Source: Scenedesmus sp. PABB004 (taxonomy: Eukaryota). Taken from it: a DNA stretch of 64,000 nucleotides. The notes under the pieces are model-generated. The model worked only from the letters and a program-made list of their open reading frames with translations, was not told where the DNA came from and did no database searches. Both the position numbers and the translations under genes were made by a program. Shown one piece after another: positions 12,682-24,700 of the stretch (its first letter is position 1; every line of letters starts with the position of its first letter). The stretch covers positions 62,001-126,000 of the forward strand of contig JABVCE010000036.1 of assembly GCA_014905635.1 (NCBI GenBank). Direction: 5' to 3'.

Positions 12682-13260
12682 CGCGGGCCCGGCGGCGGCG
12701 GGCGCGCCGCGGCTGCTCGTGGGGCTGAGCCGCCAGGGCGGCGCCGGCGCCGGCAGCGGCAGCAGCAGCGCGTCGAGCAGCCTCGACGGCGGCGCGCCGC
12801 CCGGCCCCGACCCCGGCGCCGCCCTCGACGGCGGTGCTGACAGCAGCAGCGGCGCGCGCGCGGTGGTGGTGGAGCCGAAGCTCTTTGTGCTTGGCAACGG
12901 CAGCGGCAGCCCCTGCCTCGACCTCAGCCGCGTCCCCGCGGCGCTCGCGGACGCGACGGTCGGCGTGGACCTGCTGGTGCGCGCCACGCCCTGCCCCCGA
13001 CCGGCCGTAGCGCTGCGCGGCCGCAGCGCTGCGCTCGTCACCCACGCGCCCCCCTCTCACCCCACACACGCCCCCCCCCCCCCCCCCCCCCGCAGGTCAT
13101 CGAGGGCATGGGCCGCGCCATCCACACCAACCTGCGCGCGTCGTTCAAGTGCGACACGCTCAAGCTCGCCATGATCAAGACCGAGCGCCTCGCCGCCAAG
13201 CTCTTCCGCGGCGCCCTCTACGACTGCATGTGCGCCTTTGCGCCCGGCGCGCGCGCGTGA
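6470..13260 (+). CDS. PANK2: Pantothenate kinase 2 (type II Fumble PanK fused to C-terminal DUF89/ARMT1-like phosphatase), multi-exon
   Basis: Exons give [101 protein letters not shown]. The DUF89 part gives [37 protein letters not shown]. Confidence 0.95.
7353..7422. repeat. (CA)n microsatellite in a PanK intron
   Basis: About 35 uninterrupted CA units. Confidence 0.9.
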
Positions 13261-13757
13261 GCCGGGCGCACGCGCGCGTGAGCCGGGGGCGCGCGCGCGT
13301 GAGCCGGGCGCGCGCGCGAGAGCCGGGCGGCGGCGGCGCGGCGCGCGGGCGACCGCGCGCGGCGCGCCCCGGCAGCGGGCAGCAGGGATTTTGGGCGCAG
13401 CACTTGAATTGAATTGAGCGGCGACCGGCCGGGCGTGTGTGGTGCGGGCGCGGGCGTGCGCGCGGTCGCGGCCGGTTACCCGCCCGCCCCAGCAACGCCC
13501 CCGCGCGCGCGCAAAGCCCTGCCCCAGAACCGCTGCCGCGCGGGGGGTCGGCCCGAAAAAACGCTGCGCGCCCCAATGCGCCCGATGCGCGCACACATGA
13601 GAAGGGCTTGGTCCGCGCCAGGCCTCCCCGGCCTGACCCCCCCCACCCCCCTGCAACGCTGCTGCTGCTGCTGCCCCGGCGCGCGCCGCGTCGCTGGCGC
13701 AACGCGGCGCGCCCGGCCCCGCCGTCCGGCCGGCGCGGCGCGCCGTCGCCGCGTCGC

Positions 13758-15068
13758 TCACATGCCACCGCCGCCCGTGAGCGCGGCCGGGTTCGGCAGG
13801 CCCTGCGCGCGCGGGCGGGCGGGGGGCGGGGAAGCGGGGGGCGTCGGGGCCTGCCTCAGCGAGGCACGTGGTGCACGGCGGCGGCCGGGGCGCGGCGCTG
13901 TGCACGCACAAGGGCTTGCTGTTGTATGCCCCCGTCCTGCCCCCTCCTCCCTCCCCCCGTCCCGCGCGCCCCTTCCACCCCCCCCCCCCGGGCTCACGAG
14001 GCTCTTGGCGAGGTCCTTCATCTTGTCCTTCATGCCCGCCACGCTCTTGCCGTGCGCCTCCTGCATCGCCGTCGTCAGCCGGCGCGACAGCTCCTGCGGC
14101 GCGCACGCGCCGCGGGGCGCCGCGGCGCGGGGCGGCGTGACGCGCCGCGCAGCCTCGGACCACCCCCGTACCACGGCCGTCGGCCGCGTCGGCTGGGGCC
14201 GGCCGCCCCGCCCTGCACCGCTCCCCCCCCCCCCCCCACACACACACACGCACCCACCCACCCACACGCCCACCCACCTCTGCGCCCGCGTCGATCGCCT
14301 CCTGCGTGACCTCGACGCTCTTGGGGACCTGGTTGCCGTTCATGACCACCTTGACCGTCTCGTCCTCGTCGTAGCCGTCAAACTCAGTGCTGGGCAGAGG
14401 AGCAGGGGCAGGGCAGGGCAGGGGCAGGGGCAGGGCAGGGAGAGGGAGGGTGGGCGGAGGGACAGGGAGGCGGAGGGGCGCGGAGGGGTGTGCGGAGGGA
14501 GGGGTGGGCGAGCGGCAGCGCCGCTGCCGCCGCCGCTGCGGGTTGCCTCCCCTGCCGCCGGCCCCGCGACGGGCAGCGCGCGCGGGCGGCGGCGCTCACG
14601 CGTCGAGCTCCGACTGCACCCGCTGCGTCTCGACCTGCACCAGCTGCTGCGCCTTCTTCACGCTCTCCATCAGCTTGCCCATGTCGAAGGGGTTGGGCAT
14701 GCCGCCGCCGCCGCCCTGGCGCCGGGCGGGCGCCGGCTCAGCGCCAGGCAGCCCGGCGGCGCCGCCGACGGCACGGCAGCAGCGCGGCAATCTGGGGCCT
14801 GCATGCATGCCGCCCCGGCCCCGGCGTTGCTCTGCGGGCCGGCCCGGCGCCGCCCCACCTCCTTGCCGCCGCCGAACAGCGCCTGCGCGCGCAGGGCGCG
14901 TCTGCTGCGCAGCGCTGGGCGCGCCGCGAGCCTGCGGCAGCGGGCGGCGCGGCGGTGAGCGCCCGTTGGAGCGGCGGGCCGGCGCCCAACCTGCGGCACC
15001 GCTCACCGCGACGCCTGCCGGGCCGGGCGCGCGCCGAGGCCCGCGCGCTGCGAGGTGAGCTGCATCAT
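13758..15068 (-). CDS. YbaB/EbfC family protein, probably plastid-targeted (STIC2-like)
   Basis: Exons: transit-like MMQLTSQRAG..., ALFGGGKE, MPNPFDMGKLMESVKKAQQLVQVETQRVQSEL, EFDGYDEDETVKVVMNGNQVPKSVEVT, AMQEAHGKSVAGMKDKMKDLAKSLGLP...GGM*. Confidence 0.88.
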
Positions 15069-16643
15069 CGCCGCGAGCTGAGCTGTCGGGCGGGCGCGGG
15101 GGTCGCGTCGGTCTGGTCGAAGAGGGCGACGAGCGGAGAGGGAGTGGGAGCGGGCAGCGCTGGCGCCTTGCCGCCGCGCTGCCGCCGTCACGGCGCAGCG
15201 ACGGCGGCCGCGGCCGAGCGAGCGAGCGAGCGCGGAGCAGGCCCGAGGTGCTCCAGTGTTGCAGTGCTCCTCCCCCACGCGCGCAGTGCCGTTGTCGAAG
15301 CAGGCTCATTTGCGCGCCGCCGATCCGGCGCGGGTCGTCGCGCGCGCGCGGCGCGAAGCCAATCCGGGCCGCGGCGCACCCAGGCAGCGCCGCACGCGAG
15401 CAGTGTCCGGGGCCCTAAGCTATAAAGAACGAGCGCACACAGCAGCCCCACACCCATCCTGCGCCGCCGCCGGGGGCATGCCGCCCGGCCGCGCCCACAC
15501 ACCTGCGCAGGAGCACACACGAAAGGGGGAGCAGAGGAGAGGAGAGGAGAGGAGAGGAGAGGAGGCCGCGCGGGAGGTGGGAGAGGAGCGCGCTGCCGCT
15601 CCCTCCCGCGCGCCGCCGATGTACAGCGGGGCGCCTCGGCCCCGCCCGCCAAGCTGCTGCGGCAGTGAGCACTGCGGGGGAGACGCGGCGCACGTCGCAG
15701 CGCCGCCTCCCCGCGGCCCCTGCCGCCGTCTCTGGCCGTCCAGCCGGCGTGGCCCCGCCGTCGAGGGCCGGCGCGCGCACGCCCGGCCGGCGCCGGTCGA
15801 TACACACGCACACACACGCACCCACACACAGACACACACGCGGACACACACGCACACGCTCACTGGTTGCACAGAGTAGCGGCGGGGCGGGGCGCGGCGG
15901 GCCGCCGGGGGCGCGCGCGATGGCGGCACGCGCGGCGGGCCGCCGCTGCCCACAGCGGTCCGCACGCAGGAGCCAAGTGCAGCCCGAGGGCGCGCGCTGG
16001 GGCGGGCGCGCGGATGCGCGCGGCCGCGTTTGCGCCCGCCCGACAGAGCGCAGGCACGCAGGCACACACGAGCGCGCACGTGCCCACGAGAAGGCACGCA
16101 CGCGCACATCCCCCACCCTGTCCTGACGCAGGCATGCACACCAAAGCTGCTACGAATGCAGACACACGCTCACGCACGCTGCGGGGCATCTGCGCCGGCA
16201 AGTGCAGGTGCTCGCGCCGGGCTCAGCTTGTGCAGCTGAGCGGCGTCGGGGGCCGCCGGCGCACCGCGCGCGCACGCGCCAGGCGCGCGCACGGCCGCCA
16301 AGCCAAGCCTCGCCGCGGCCGCCGCCCGATGAGGGCAGCCGCGCCGCGCTGTGTGCGCTATGCTACGCGCCGCACGGCGCCGCCGCCGCGCGGGCGCCCC
16401 CTGCCACTACCGCTGCTGGCTGCCCGACCATGGTGGTCCTCCCGCCCCCAGGTTTGAATGAAACCTGCGCATGCCGCCGCCAAGCCCCGCCCGCCCCGCC
16501 CGTGCAACGCCCGGGGGCGCCAAGAAACCAGCGCGGCGCAGGCCGCAATGCCGCGCCCCCGCCCCCGCCCAGTCCGCTGGCGTGATGCTCGCTGCTCGCG
16601 CAGGGACGCCTCGCCGGCCGCGCGGCCGCGCGGGGTGGCGGGC

Positions 16644-18886
16644 TCACGTGATGACGAGCTCGCGGTCCTCCCAGCCGTACGCGGCGCGGTGCTTGTGGTA
16701 CAGCGCGGCCAGGGCCTTCACAAACGCGGCGTGCGCTGCATCGACCGCCTCCTCGTACCCCGGCGCGCCGCGGGGCAGGCGCGGCACGGGGATGGGCGCG
16801 CCGACGGCCATGAACAGCGGCGCGCTGCGGCGGCGGCGCGGGCGGCGCGGCGCGGGGGCGGGGGCGGTGAGGCGCGGAGGGAGGCGGGCGCGGGCGCGGG
16901 GGCGCGGGCGCTGCGCCGCGGGGTGTGTGTGTGTGTGTGTGTGTGTGTCTCACTTGCAGGGCATGAGCGTGCCCCAGCGGCCCTTGGGGTAGCCGACCGC
17001 GGCGCGCGCGCGGCGCGACAGCACCTCCCAGCTGCGCGGCGCGACCCAGCTGCGCGGCGGGCGCGGCGGGCGCGGCGGGCGCGGGCGTGAGCAGGGCCGG
17101 GCTGGGCCGCCGCGCGCGACGCCGCCGGCGCTGCACCCCCGCGCGCCGCGTGGCCTCGCTCGCCTGAAGAGCTTTGAGTTGCCAAAGTGGTAGACCGGCA
17201 CGAGCGGCACGCCCGACTCGACGGCGATGCGCACAAAGCCCTTGCGGTCGGCGACCTTGATCACCTGCGGGCCACATGGGGAGGTGGGGGTGAGGGGGGA
17301 GCAGCGGCGGCGCGGGCTCCGCCCCCGCTCCACGCCGCGATGGGCCGCGCGCGCTGCGGCGGCGCGCGCGGCGCAGGCGCGCAGCGGCGCCGCGCCGCAC
17401 CTCGCGGCCCTCCTCCCAGAGGAACATCTCAGCGATGCCCCCTGGCGGCGACGAAGCGGCGGCGGCGGCGCGCGGGTTGGGCCGGGCGGCCGCGGCCGCG
17501 CGCTGCTGGGCGCGGGCGCCGCCGCGGACGCGGGCGCCGCCGCGGGCGCGGGCGCACCCGGCACGAGCGACACGCTGCCGCGGCCGAGCAGCTCCCGGAA
17601 CCAGCGCCGCGTCGCGGGGCGCGCGCCGGTCCAGCACATGATGTGCCGCCACACGGGGACCTTGAACACGCTGCTCGCGGCGATGCTGTACACGCGCAGC
17701 GCGGGCCAGATGCGCAGCAGCAGGCTGATGCACAGCAGCTCGCTCACCGGGAACACGCCGTGCGGGAAGCCTGCGCGGCGGCGGCGCGGCGGCGGCGGCC
17801 GTCGGCGCGTCGGCGTGTGCGCCCGGGGCTGCGGTGCCGCCGCCGGCGCGCCCGGGCCGGCCGCGGCGGCGCCCCGCACCTGCAAAGATGTACTTCCCGG
17901 CGGGGTCGAGCTTCTGCTCGATGGCCACGCTGAACGAAAAGTAGCGCCGCCAGCTCGACACGAGCGTGCTGTGCTGGAAGCGCTCCCACAGCAGCGGCTC
18001 GGCCGGCAGGAAGACAGACACCAGCAGCACTGCGCGGCGGCGCGGCGGCGGCGGCGGCAGCAGGCGCAGGCCGGCGGCGGTGGGCGCAGGCCGGCGGCGG
18101 TGGGCGCAGGCCGGCGGTGGGCGGGCGCAGGCCGGCGGCGGTGGGCGCAGGCCGGCGGCGGGCGGGCGCGGGCCGGCCTGCCGCGCGCCGCGCGCCGCCG
18201 CGCGCCGCGCGCCGCCGCGCGCCGCTGCACGCCGCCGCGGCGCACGTGTGACAAACGCGCCCAGCCCCCACGCGGGGATGGCCCAGAGGCCGCCCCAGCC
18301 CGCAAACGCCCAGGCGGACGCCGCAAAGGTGGGGATGAGCAGCAGCGTGGCGGTGTAGCCAAACATGCTGCTCATCGCCAGGAGGGAGTCCAGGCCCTGC
18401 CGCGGCGGGTCGGGCGCGGCGGGGGCGGGCGCGGCCTGGTTTGGCGGGCGGCGGCGGGCCCCGGGGCGGCGGCGCGCCGCCCGTGCAGCCCGCGCCGCCC
18501 GCGCCGGGCGCGCCGGGCGCGCGGCGCGCTCGGCCTCCCCCCCGGCGCACCTGCAGGAGCAGCGAGTCGGGCCACGTCTCCATGCAGTAGCGCACGCCCG
18601 TCTTGTAGTGGCCCTTCTGCATCGCCTCCCAGGTCGTGTGCGTGGCGGGGGTGCCGCCCGCGGGCCCCTCGCCGCCGCCGTCGCTGGCGAGGCCCGCCAC
18701 GGTCGAGGCGATGGACGTGCGCTCCTGCAGCAGCCCGCCCTCGCTGCCGCTGCCGCTGCTGCTGGGCTCAGCCTCGTCGCTGCCTCGGCAGTTGACCATG
18801 ATGGGGTGCATCGCACCCGGGGAGCCGCTGCGCTTGAAGACCTCGCTCGACGCCAGCGCGGCGCCGAGCACCCGCGACTGCATCAT
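16644..18886 (-). CDS. DGAT2: Diacylglycerol acyltransferase type 2 (DAGAT family)
   Basis: N-terminal TM segments, WRRYFS, KYIFAGFPHGVFP, VPGGIAEMF, RKGFVRIAVESGVPLVPVYHFGN, LFMAVGAPI, C-terminus WEDRELVIT*. Confidence 0.9.
18059..18160. repeat. Intronic minisatellite, ~21-bp unit ggcgcaggccggcggcggtgg x4-5
   Basis: Visible tandem copies within a DGAT2 intron. Confidence 0.75.
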
Positions 18887-19619
18887 GCCGCCCCACCGCC
18901 GCGCCTCGCGCCGCACGCCCTCCACGGGGTGGCTCGCCCGGCCCTGGTGGCGATGGGATTGGCGCGCCCGCGCCTCCGCCGCCTCAGCGGCGCAGGGAGG
19001 GACGACAGTTGAGGCGCGTCGCTCTGCTGCTCCCACCGCCCCCTACCGCGACGCCAGGCCCGCGCCCGGGCGACGCGGGCGGCCGAGGCGCGCCCCGGGG
19101 CGGCCCCACCGGGCGCCGCGGCCGCTGTTGTGGGCGCGGTGCTGCGGCGAGGGCGGTGCCGGAGCGCCTCGCGCGCGGGGCGGGCGCTGCGGCTGCGGCG
19201 TGCGCGGTCTGGCGTTCTGCGCGCACTGGCGAGGTGCGGCGGGCACGGAGCGAGCGCGGCGGGCACAACGCCCGCGCCGAGACGCGGCGTACCGCAGGCG
19301 CCCGGTCGGTCCTGTGCGCTCCCGGGGGGGCCAGACCGCCCTGGCCGGTCGCCCGGCGCCACGCCTGGCTGCCGCGGCGTCGCCGGCAGCGGCGGCGCAC
19401 TCGGTCGCGCCGCCGCACAGCGCGCTCGTGCTGTGCCGGGCGCGGCTGCAATCAGCGCTGGCACGACGAGCAGGCCAGACCGAGCAGGCCAGACGGAGCC
19501 ATTGCAAACGGCGGCCGCCGACGCACCGCGCACGGCCGCGCAGCCGCCGACCCAGCGCCACACGCAGCCGCGAATCGCTGCTGCTCAGTGAGAAGCACGC
19601 ACGCGAGTGAGCAGTGTGC

Positions 19620-20618
19620 TCACTCGCGTGCCATCGCGGCGGCGTCCGGCGGCCCCGTCAGGCTGGGCGCCGCGAGCGCGAGCTCCTGGTGCCACGACAG
19701 GTAGCGCAGCTTGACGCGGCCGTGGCGCAGGACCTCGCGCGGCACCTTTGCGGTGCGGACATCGAGGCAGCAGCACGCGTCGCACGCGGGCAGGCAGCCC
19801 TCGGGGCAGCACCGCGACAGCGCGATGCTGGCGGCGTCGATCCAGACCGACAGCGCGGGGGCCAGCAGCTTGACCAGCGCGGCCGCCAGGAAGAGCGCCA
19901 TCGCCGCAAAGCCGACGCCCTTCGGCGCGCGCACAGGGGAGGGGGGGGGGGGGGGGGGGCTCAACACGCGCGCCGGCGCGCGCCGGCGCGCGCCGGCGGC
20001 GGCGCCGCGGCCGCTGCGCCGCGCGCGAGAGGGAGCGCCGGCGCGCGCGGCGTGCGTGCGCCGCACCGCAATCGCGCCGCGCCAGTGGCCCGCCGGCAGC
20101 TGCGCCGCGGCGAGCGGGCTGTGGTGCAGCGTCGTCGCCGCGGCGCCGCTGAGGCTGGTGCCAACGATAAGCAGCGCCAGCACGCCCAGGTTGCGACCGC
20201 CCTCGCTCACCAGCCGCGGCGGCAGCAGCTGCGCGGCGGGCGGGGCGGGCGGTGCGGGGCTCGGCGGCTGCGCGCGATGCCGGCGCGCCGCCGCCCTCCT
20301 GCAGGGTTGCGGCCCCTGGCGCCGCCGCACCTCCAGCGTCACCACCGCCGCCGCCACGGGCGCGCTGAGGCCCGCCGCGACGTAGGGCAGGTGGCAGACG
20401 CGGCTGCCGCACCGCCGCGCGAGGCCGGCGCCCACGGCCACGCCCGCCGCCGCCAGCTCCAGCGCGCCCGCGACGCCGGCCAGCAGGCACACGGACGTCA
20501 GCAGGATGCTGCTGGCGAGGTCGCGCGGCGGCGTGGCGGCGCGGCAGCCGATGCTCGGCTGGCCCTCGGCGTCGCGGCTGGGGAAGAATTCGAGCACGCG
20601 GGACGACGCGCCCGGCAT
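19620..20618 (-). CDS. Hypothetical multi-pass membrane protein with Cys-rich C-terminus
   Basis: About three exons with several hydrophobic helices (ILLTSVCLLAGVAG, LGVLALLIVG, FAAMALFLAAALVKLL) and CCPEGCLPACDACCC. No family recognised. Confidence 0.5.
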   Translation of the reverse strand: MPGASSRVLEFFPSRDAEGQPSIGCRAATPPRDLASSILLTSVCLLAGVAGALELAAAGVAVGAGLARRCGSRVCHLPYVAAGLSAPVAAAVVTLEVRRRQGPQPCRRAAARRHRAQPPSPAPPAPPAAQLLPPRLVSEGGRNLGVLALLIVGTSLSGAAATTLHHSPLAAAQLPAGHWRGAIAVRRTHAARAGAPSRARRSGRGAAAGARRRAPARVLSPPPPPPSPVRAPKGVGFAAMALFLAAALVKLLAPALSVWIDAASIALSRCCPEGCLPACDACCCLDVRTAKVPREVLRHGRVKLRYLSWHQELALAAPSLTGPPDAAAMARE

Positions 20619-21088
20619 CGCCGCGCGGGGCCCGGTGCCCGGTGCCGCTGCTGCTGGTGCTGCTGCCGGCGGTGCTGCTGCCGGCAGTGCTGCTGCCGGC
20701 GGTGCTGCTGCCGCGTCGGCTCACTCCGGGAGGCGTCACCGCTGCGGCGCTGCCGCTGCCGGCGCTGCGCCGCCGCGCCGCGGCGCGGGCGGGCAGCGCG
20801 GGAGCAGCATCCCCGCAGAGCGTGGCAGCAGCTCCGCCGCCTGTCACGAGCGTGGCGCGGTCCCACCGCCCGCGGCGCCCGCAACAGCAGGTTATCCAAC
20901 CAGCGGCGCCTCCTGCCTCGCCGCCGCCCGGCCCCGGGCGCTCCCACGCGCTACGGTCGGTCGTGGGCGTTCAGAAGCACTGCTGGGCTCGGAGGGGGTG
21001 CGTCGGAGCTGGCCGCGGGCGGCGGCAGCGGCGCCGGCGGGCGTGGCTGGCTGGCGCGGCCTGTGGCTCGCCGGCGGCGACGGTGGGC

Positions 21089-21712
21089 AGCGACTGCGCC
21101 ACCGCCGGCGCGGCGCGGTCGGCGCGCGGTGCGGCCCGGCGACTGCAACCGCCGCCCGCTCAGCTGCCGCGGGCACGCGCACCCGCGCTCGCCCGCGGCG
21201 GCGAGCGGCGCGGCGGCGGCGGCGCACGCGCTGGCCTGCTGCTCCCAGCAGCTGCCGGTTGTGGACGCAGCCGCACGGCGGTTCCCCGTGCCCCGAGCGC
21301 CGTCGGCCAGCGCGGAGCGCGGAGCGCGGAGCAGCGGGCGCGGCGGGCTGCGGCGCGCTGCCGGCGCCAGAAGCGGCGTTGCAAGGCCAGCGCCGAGCCG
21401 GCCAGCCCCGGCGCCCGATCAGCGTGAACAGCAAATCGGGAGCCGCGTGACGGCTCAGTCGTGACGGTCAAACCTGCGCCCCTCCCGCTCCGGCGCGCCC
21501 GGCGGCCGCTCCGCGTGCTCCTCAGCGTGTCCGACCCAGGCGCCACGCCGGAGCGCTGCCGCGCCACCGGCTCCCGCCCCGCCTCGCGCCCCGCGCCGCG
21601 CGCGCCATCTCCGCCGCCCCGCCGCCCGCCCGCGCCCGGCGGCGATCCGCTGCGCACGCCGCAGCGCGACCCCTGCCGGCGACGCATGACCGACAGCCGC
21701 CATGCGGCCGGC
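21089..21712. promoter_or_regulatory. Upstream/promoter region between the divergent membrane gene and meckelin; partner of the 5681-6303 copy
   Basis: Lies between two divergent starts and is duplicated in inverted orientation upstream of PanK2. Confidence 0.55.
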
Positions 21713-24700
21713 GGCGCCGCTGCTGCGCCTGCTGGCGGCGGCCGCGTGCGCGGCCGCTGCTGCGCGCGCACAGCCGAGCGCGCTGAGCGTGCCGGCGGCT
21801 TTCCCCTGCACCAAAGCGGGAGAGTTCTTTGACACCTCCGCCCTGGCGTGCGCGCCGTGCGATGCGGTGCGCCGCCGCCGCGCGGGCAGCGCAGCTGTGC
21901 GCCGCGCGCAAGCCGCTGACCCGCCCGCGCCCGCGCGCAGGCCGGCGGCTACGCGCCCGCGCCCGACGGCCTGGGCTGCGTGCTCTGCGACCCCACGTCC
22001 GGCAACATCACCGCCTTTGGCGCCGGCCTGTCCATGGCCGCGACGTGGGGCCCGGCCGCGCTGACGGCGGGCGCGCGCTGCGCGTGCGCCGCGCCGGGCC
22101 CGCAGTCGGTGCTCGCGCCGATGCGCGAGGGCGGGCGCGCCTTCCTGCGCTGCGTCGAGTGCCCGGCGGGCGACCCGCCCGACCCCGACGGCGGGCGCTG
22201 CGTGCCGCCCGGCGGGGGCGCGGCGACGCCCGCGGCCGACCTCGCCTACGTGCTCGCCGCGCTCGGCGCGGGCATCTCCGCCGCGACCGCGGCGCAGGCG
22301 GTGCTGCAGGACGTGCGCGAGCCCGGCGGCGCGGCGCGCGCGCTCACGGTGCCGCAGTCGCTGCCGCTCGCGGCGCGGCTGGGCCCCGCGGCGCGCGCGT
22401 GCATGGACGCCGGCGACCGCGCCGCCTGCAACGCGCTGGCCAACCTCTGCGTGCTGCAGATGTACAGCGCGTGAGCGGCAGCGGGACAGGAGGAGGGGAG
22501 AGGAGCTGCGCTTGCGGCCGGCGGCGGCGCGGCTGGCCGCGGCGGCGCCCGCCCCCGCCGCGCCCACGCGCGCGCGCGCCGCGCCGCGCTGCCCGCAGCG
22601 ACGCGGTGGCCTGCCAGATCTACAACGAGCTCGCCGCGGCGGCCGCGGGCGGCGCCCGGCGCGGCGGCGAGGCCGCGTCGCCGCGCCCCGCCACGGGGGC
22701 GCTGCCCTGGCTGTCGTACGCGCCGGGCGCGGCCTACCTCGACGCGCGCGACGTGGACGTGTCGGTCTCGTTCGCGCCGAGCGCGCCGCCGCTGGGCTTT
22801 GTGCTGTCGGCGTACGATGCCAACGGCACCTGGCTGGGCCTGGCCAACTGGACGCTGCAGCTGCAGGTCTGCGGCGCGCGGCTGCGCGAGGCGTCCAAGT
22901 GGACGCGCTTCGGCTTTGACTACGCCGCGGCGTGCGACGTCAGCCTCGCCGACCTGGGCGCCGCGCTGGACTACTCCTCCAACGGCCCACGCTTCTACGA
23001 CCCATACCTCCGCCAGGCGCGGCGGCGGCAGAGCCCGCCCGCGCTGGCGCCGGCCCCGGGAGGAGAACGGGCCGCAGCCGCGCCACCGCCGCCGCGCGAC
23101 CACTCACACTGTGGTCGCGCCGCCGCCGCCGCCGCCGCCGCGAACCCGGCGCCCCGCAGGCCGACGGCTCGCTCTACCCGCTGCCCATCAAGCTGCTCAA
23201 CCGCCCCGACCCCGCCGGCGGCGCCGCGGGGGCCAGCAGGCGCGGCCGCGCCGGGCGCTGAGCCCGCCGCGGCGCGCCGCCGCGCGCCGCGCGCCCGCGC
23301 TGACCGCGGCGCTGGGCGCGGCCTGCCCGCGCGCGCGCGCGGCCGCGGCCGCAGGGCGGGCACGTGCGGCGGCTGTTCTTCATCGACGGCACGCTCGCCA
23401 CGCCCGCGGAGCCCGCCGGCGCGGGGAGCCAGGCGCTCGTGTTTGCGTCGCGCCTGGAGCTGGTGGTGCAGATCCAGGCGGCCGCGCGCAGCCGCATCCT
23501 GCCGCCCGTGCTCACGCTCGAGTACGCTGCGCTGCGCAACGCGCCCGCGACGCCGCCGCCGCCCGCGGCCGCGGCGTTCAGCGTGACGTACGCCAACCCG
23601 CCGGAGCTGGCCGGCGCGTTCTGGTACGCGTGGCAGACGGCGCTCATCGTGCTGCTGCTGCTGCTCGGCGGGCCGGCGTGGGGCCTGCGCATGGTGCGCT
23701 ACGTGCGGCTCAAGGCCGCCGCGCCGATGGACCTCGAGCTGCTCGCGTACGCCGGCCTCGCCGCCGCTGACGCGCTCAGCGGCGCGCTCGTGGCGGTGCT
23801 GCTGCTGGTGCGGCGCCGGCGCGACCGCGGCCGCGGCCGGCGCGACCGCGGCCGCCCGCCCCGCCAGCTGCGCACCGCGGCCGTTGACCGGGCGTTGACC
23901 GGGCGCCGCCAGGTGTCCATCTACTGGCTGGTCCTGGTGAAGCTGCAGGAGGGCGTGCTGCTGCTGATGCCGCCGGACGCGCAGCTGCAGAACTTTCGCG
24001 TCACGGTCGTGCTCGCGCTGGTGGGGCAGAGCCTGGGCCTGCTGCACGCGCTGTACCGCCAGATCAGGTGCGCCGCGCCGCGCGGCGGGCGCGGGGGCGC
24101 AGTCGGTGGGGAGGGGCGGCGGCCCCAGGCGCGGGGCCCCGGCCACCGCGCAGCGAGCCCGGCGCGCGCGCGCACGTGCACGCGCGTGCCACCGCCGCCT
24201 GCCGCCCCTGAGTTCCCCGTCTCGCCTCCCCGCCCCGCACCCACCAGCGTTGACATTTTCTTCCTGGACTGGGAGAAGCCGCGCCGCGTGCTGGCCAAGG
24301 GCGGCGGGCGCGAGGAGCCCGGCCCCGTGTCGGCGTGGCGCGGCCTGCTGGTCGCCAACGAGTGGAACGAGCTGCAGACCGCGCGGCTCACCAGCCCCGC
24401 GCTCACGCTGGTCTTCGTGGTGCGGCGAGTGGCGCTGCCGCGCGGGCGCCGGCCGCGCGTGCGATCGCGTGGCGCCTCCACCTGGGCGCCCCAACCCCCC
24501 TTGTCTCCCCGCCCGCCGGCCCGGCAGGTCTTCATGCTGGACGGCGCGGGCATGGGCACCGCCGCGCAGCTCCACCCAGACGGCGCCGACTACGTGCGCT
24601 ACGCCAACGCCGCGCAGTCGATGGCGCTGCGCTTTGCCATCGCGGCGGTGTGGTGCCTCGTCGCGGGGCTCGCGCAGCTCGCGTGGCGCGTCGGCGTGGC

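Noticed and set aside
13245..13330. Short tandem repeat (gcgcgcgtgagccggg) around the PanK2 stop; CRISPR-like appearance
   Set aside because: No unique spacers and eukaryotic context. It is a simple slippage minisatellite.
15070..16640. 1.5 kb gap with TATAAA (15421) and GA/CA repeats; possible hidden gene or lncRNA
   Set aside because: No coding-like exons or recognisable RNA structure. It can be explained as the DGAT2 3'UTR plus the YbaB promoter.
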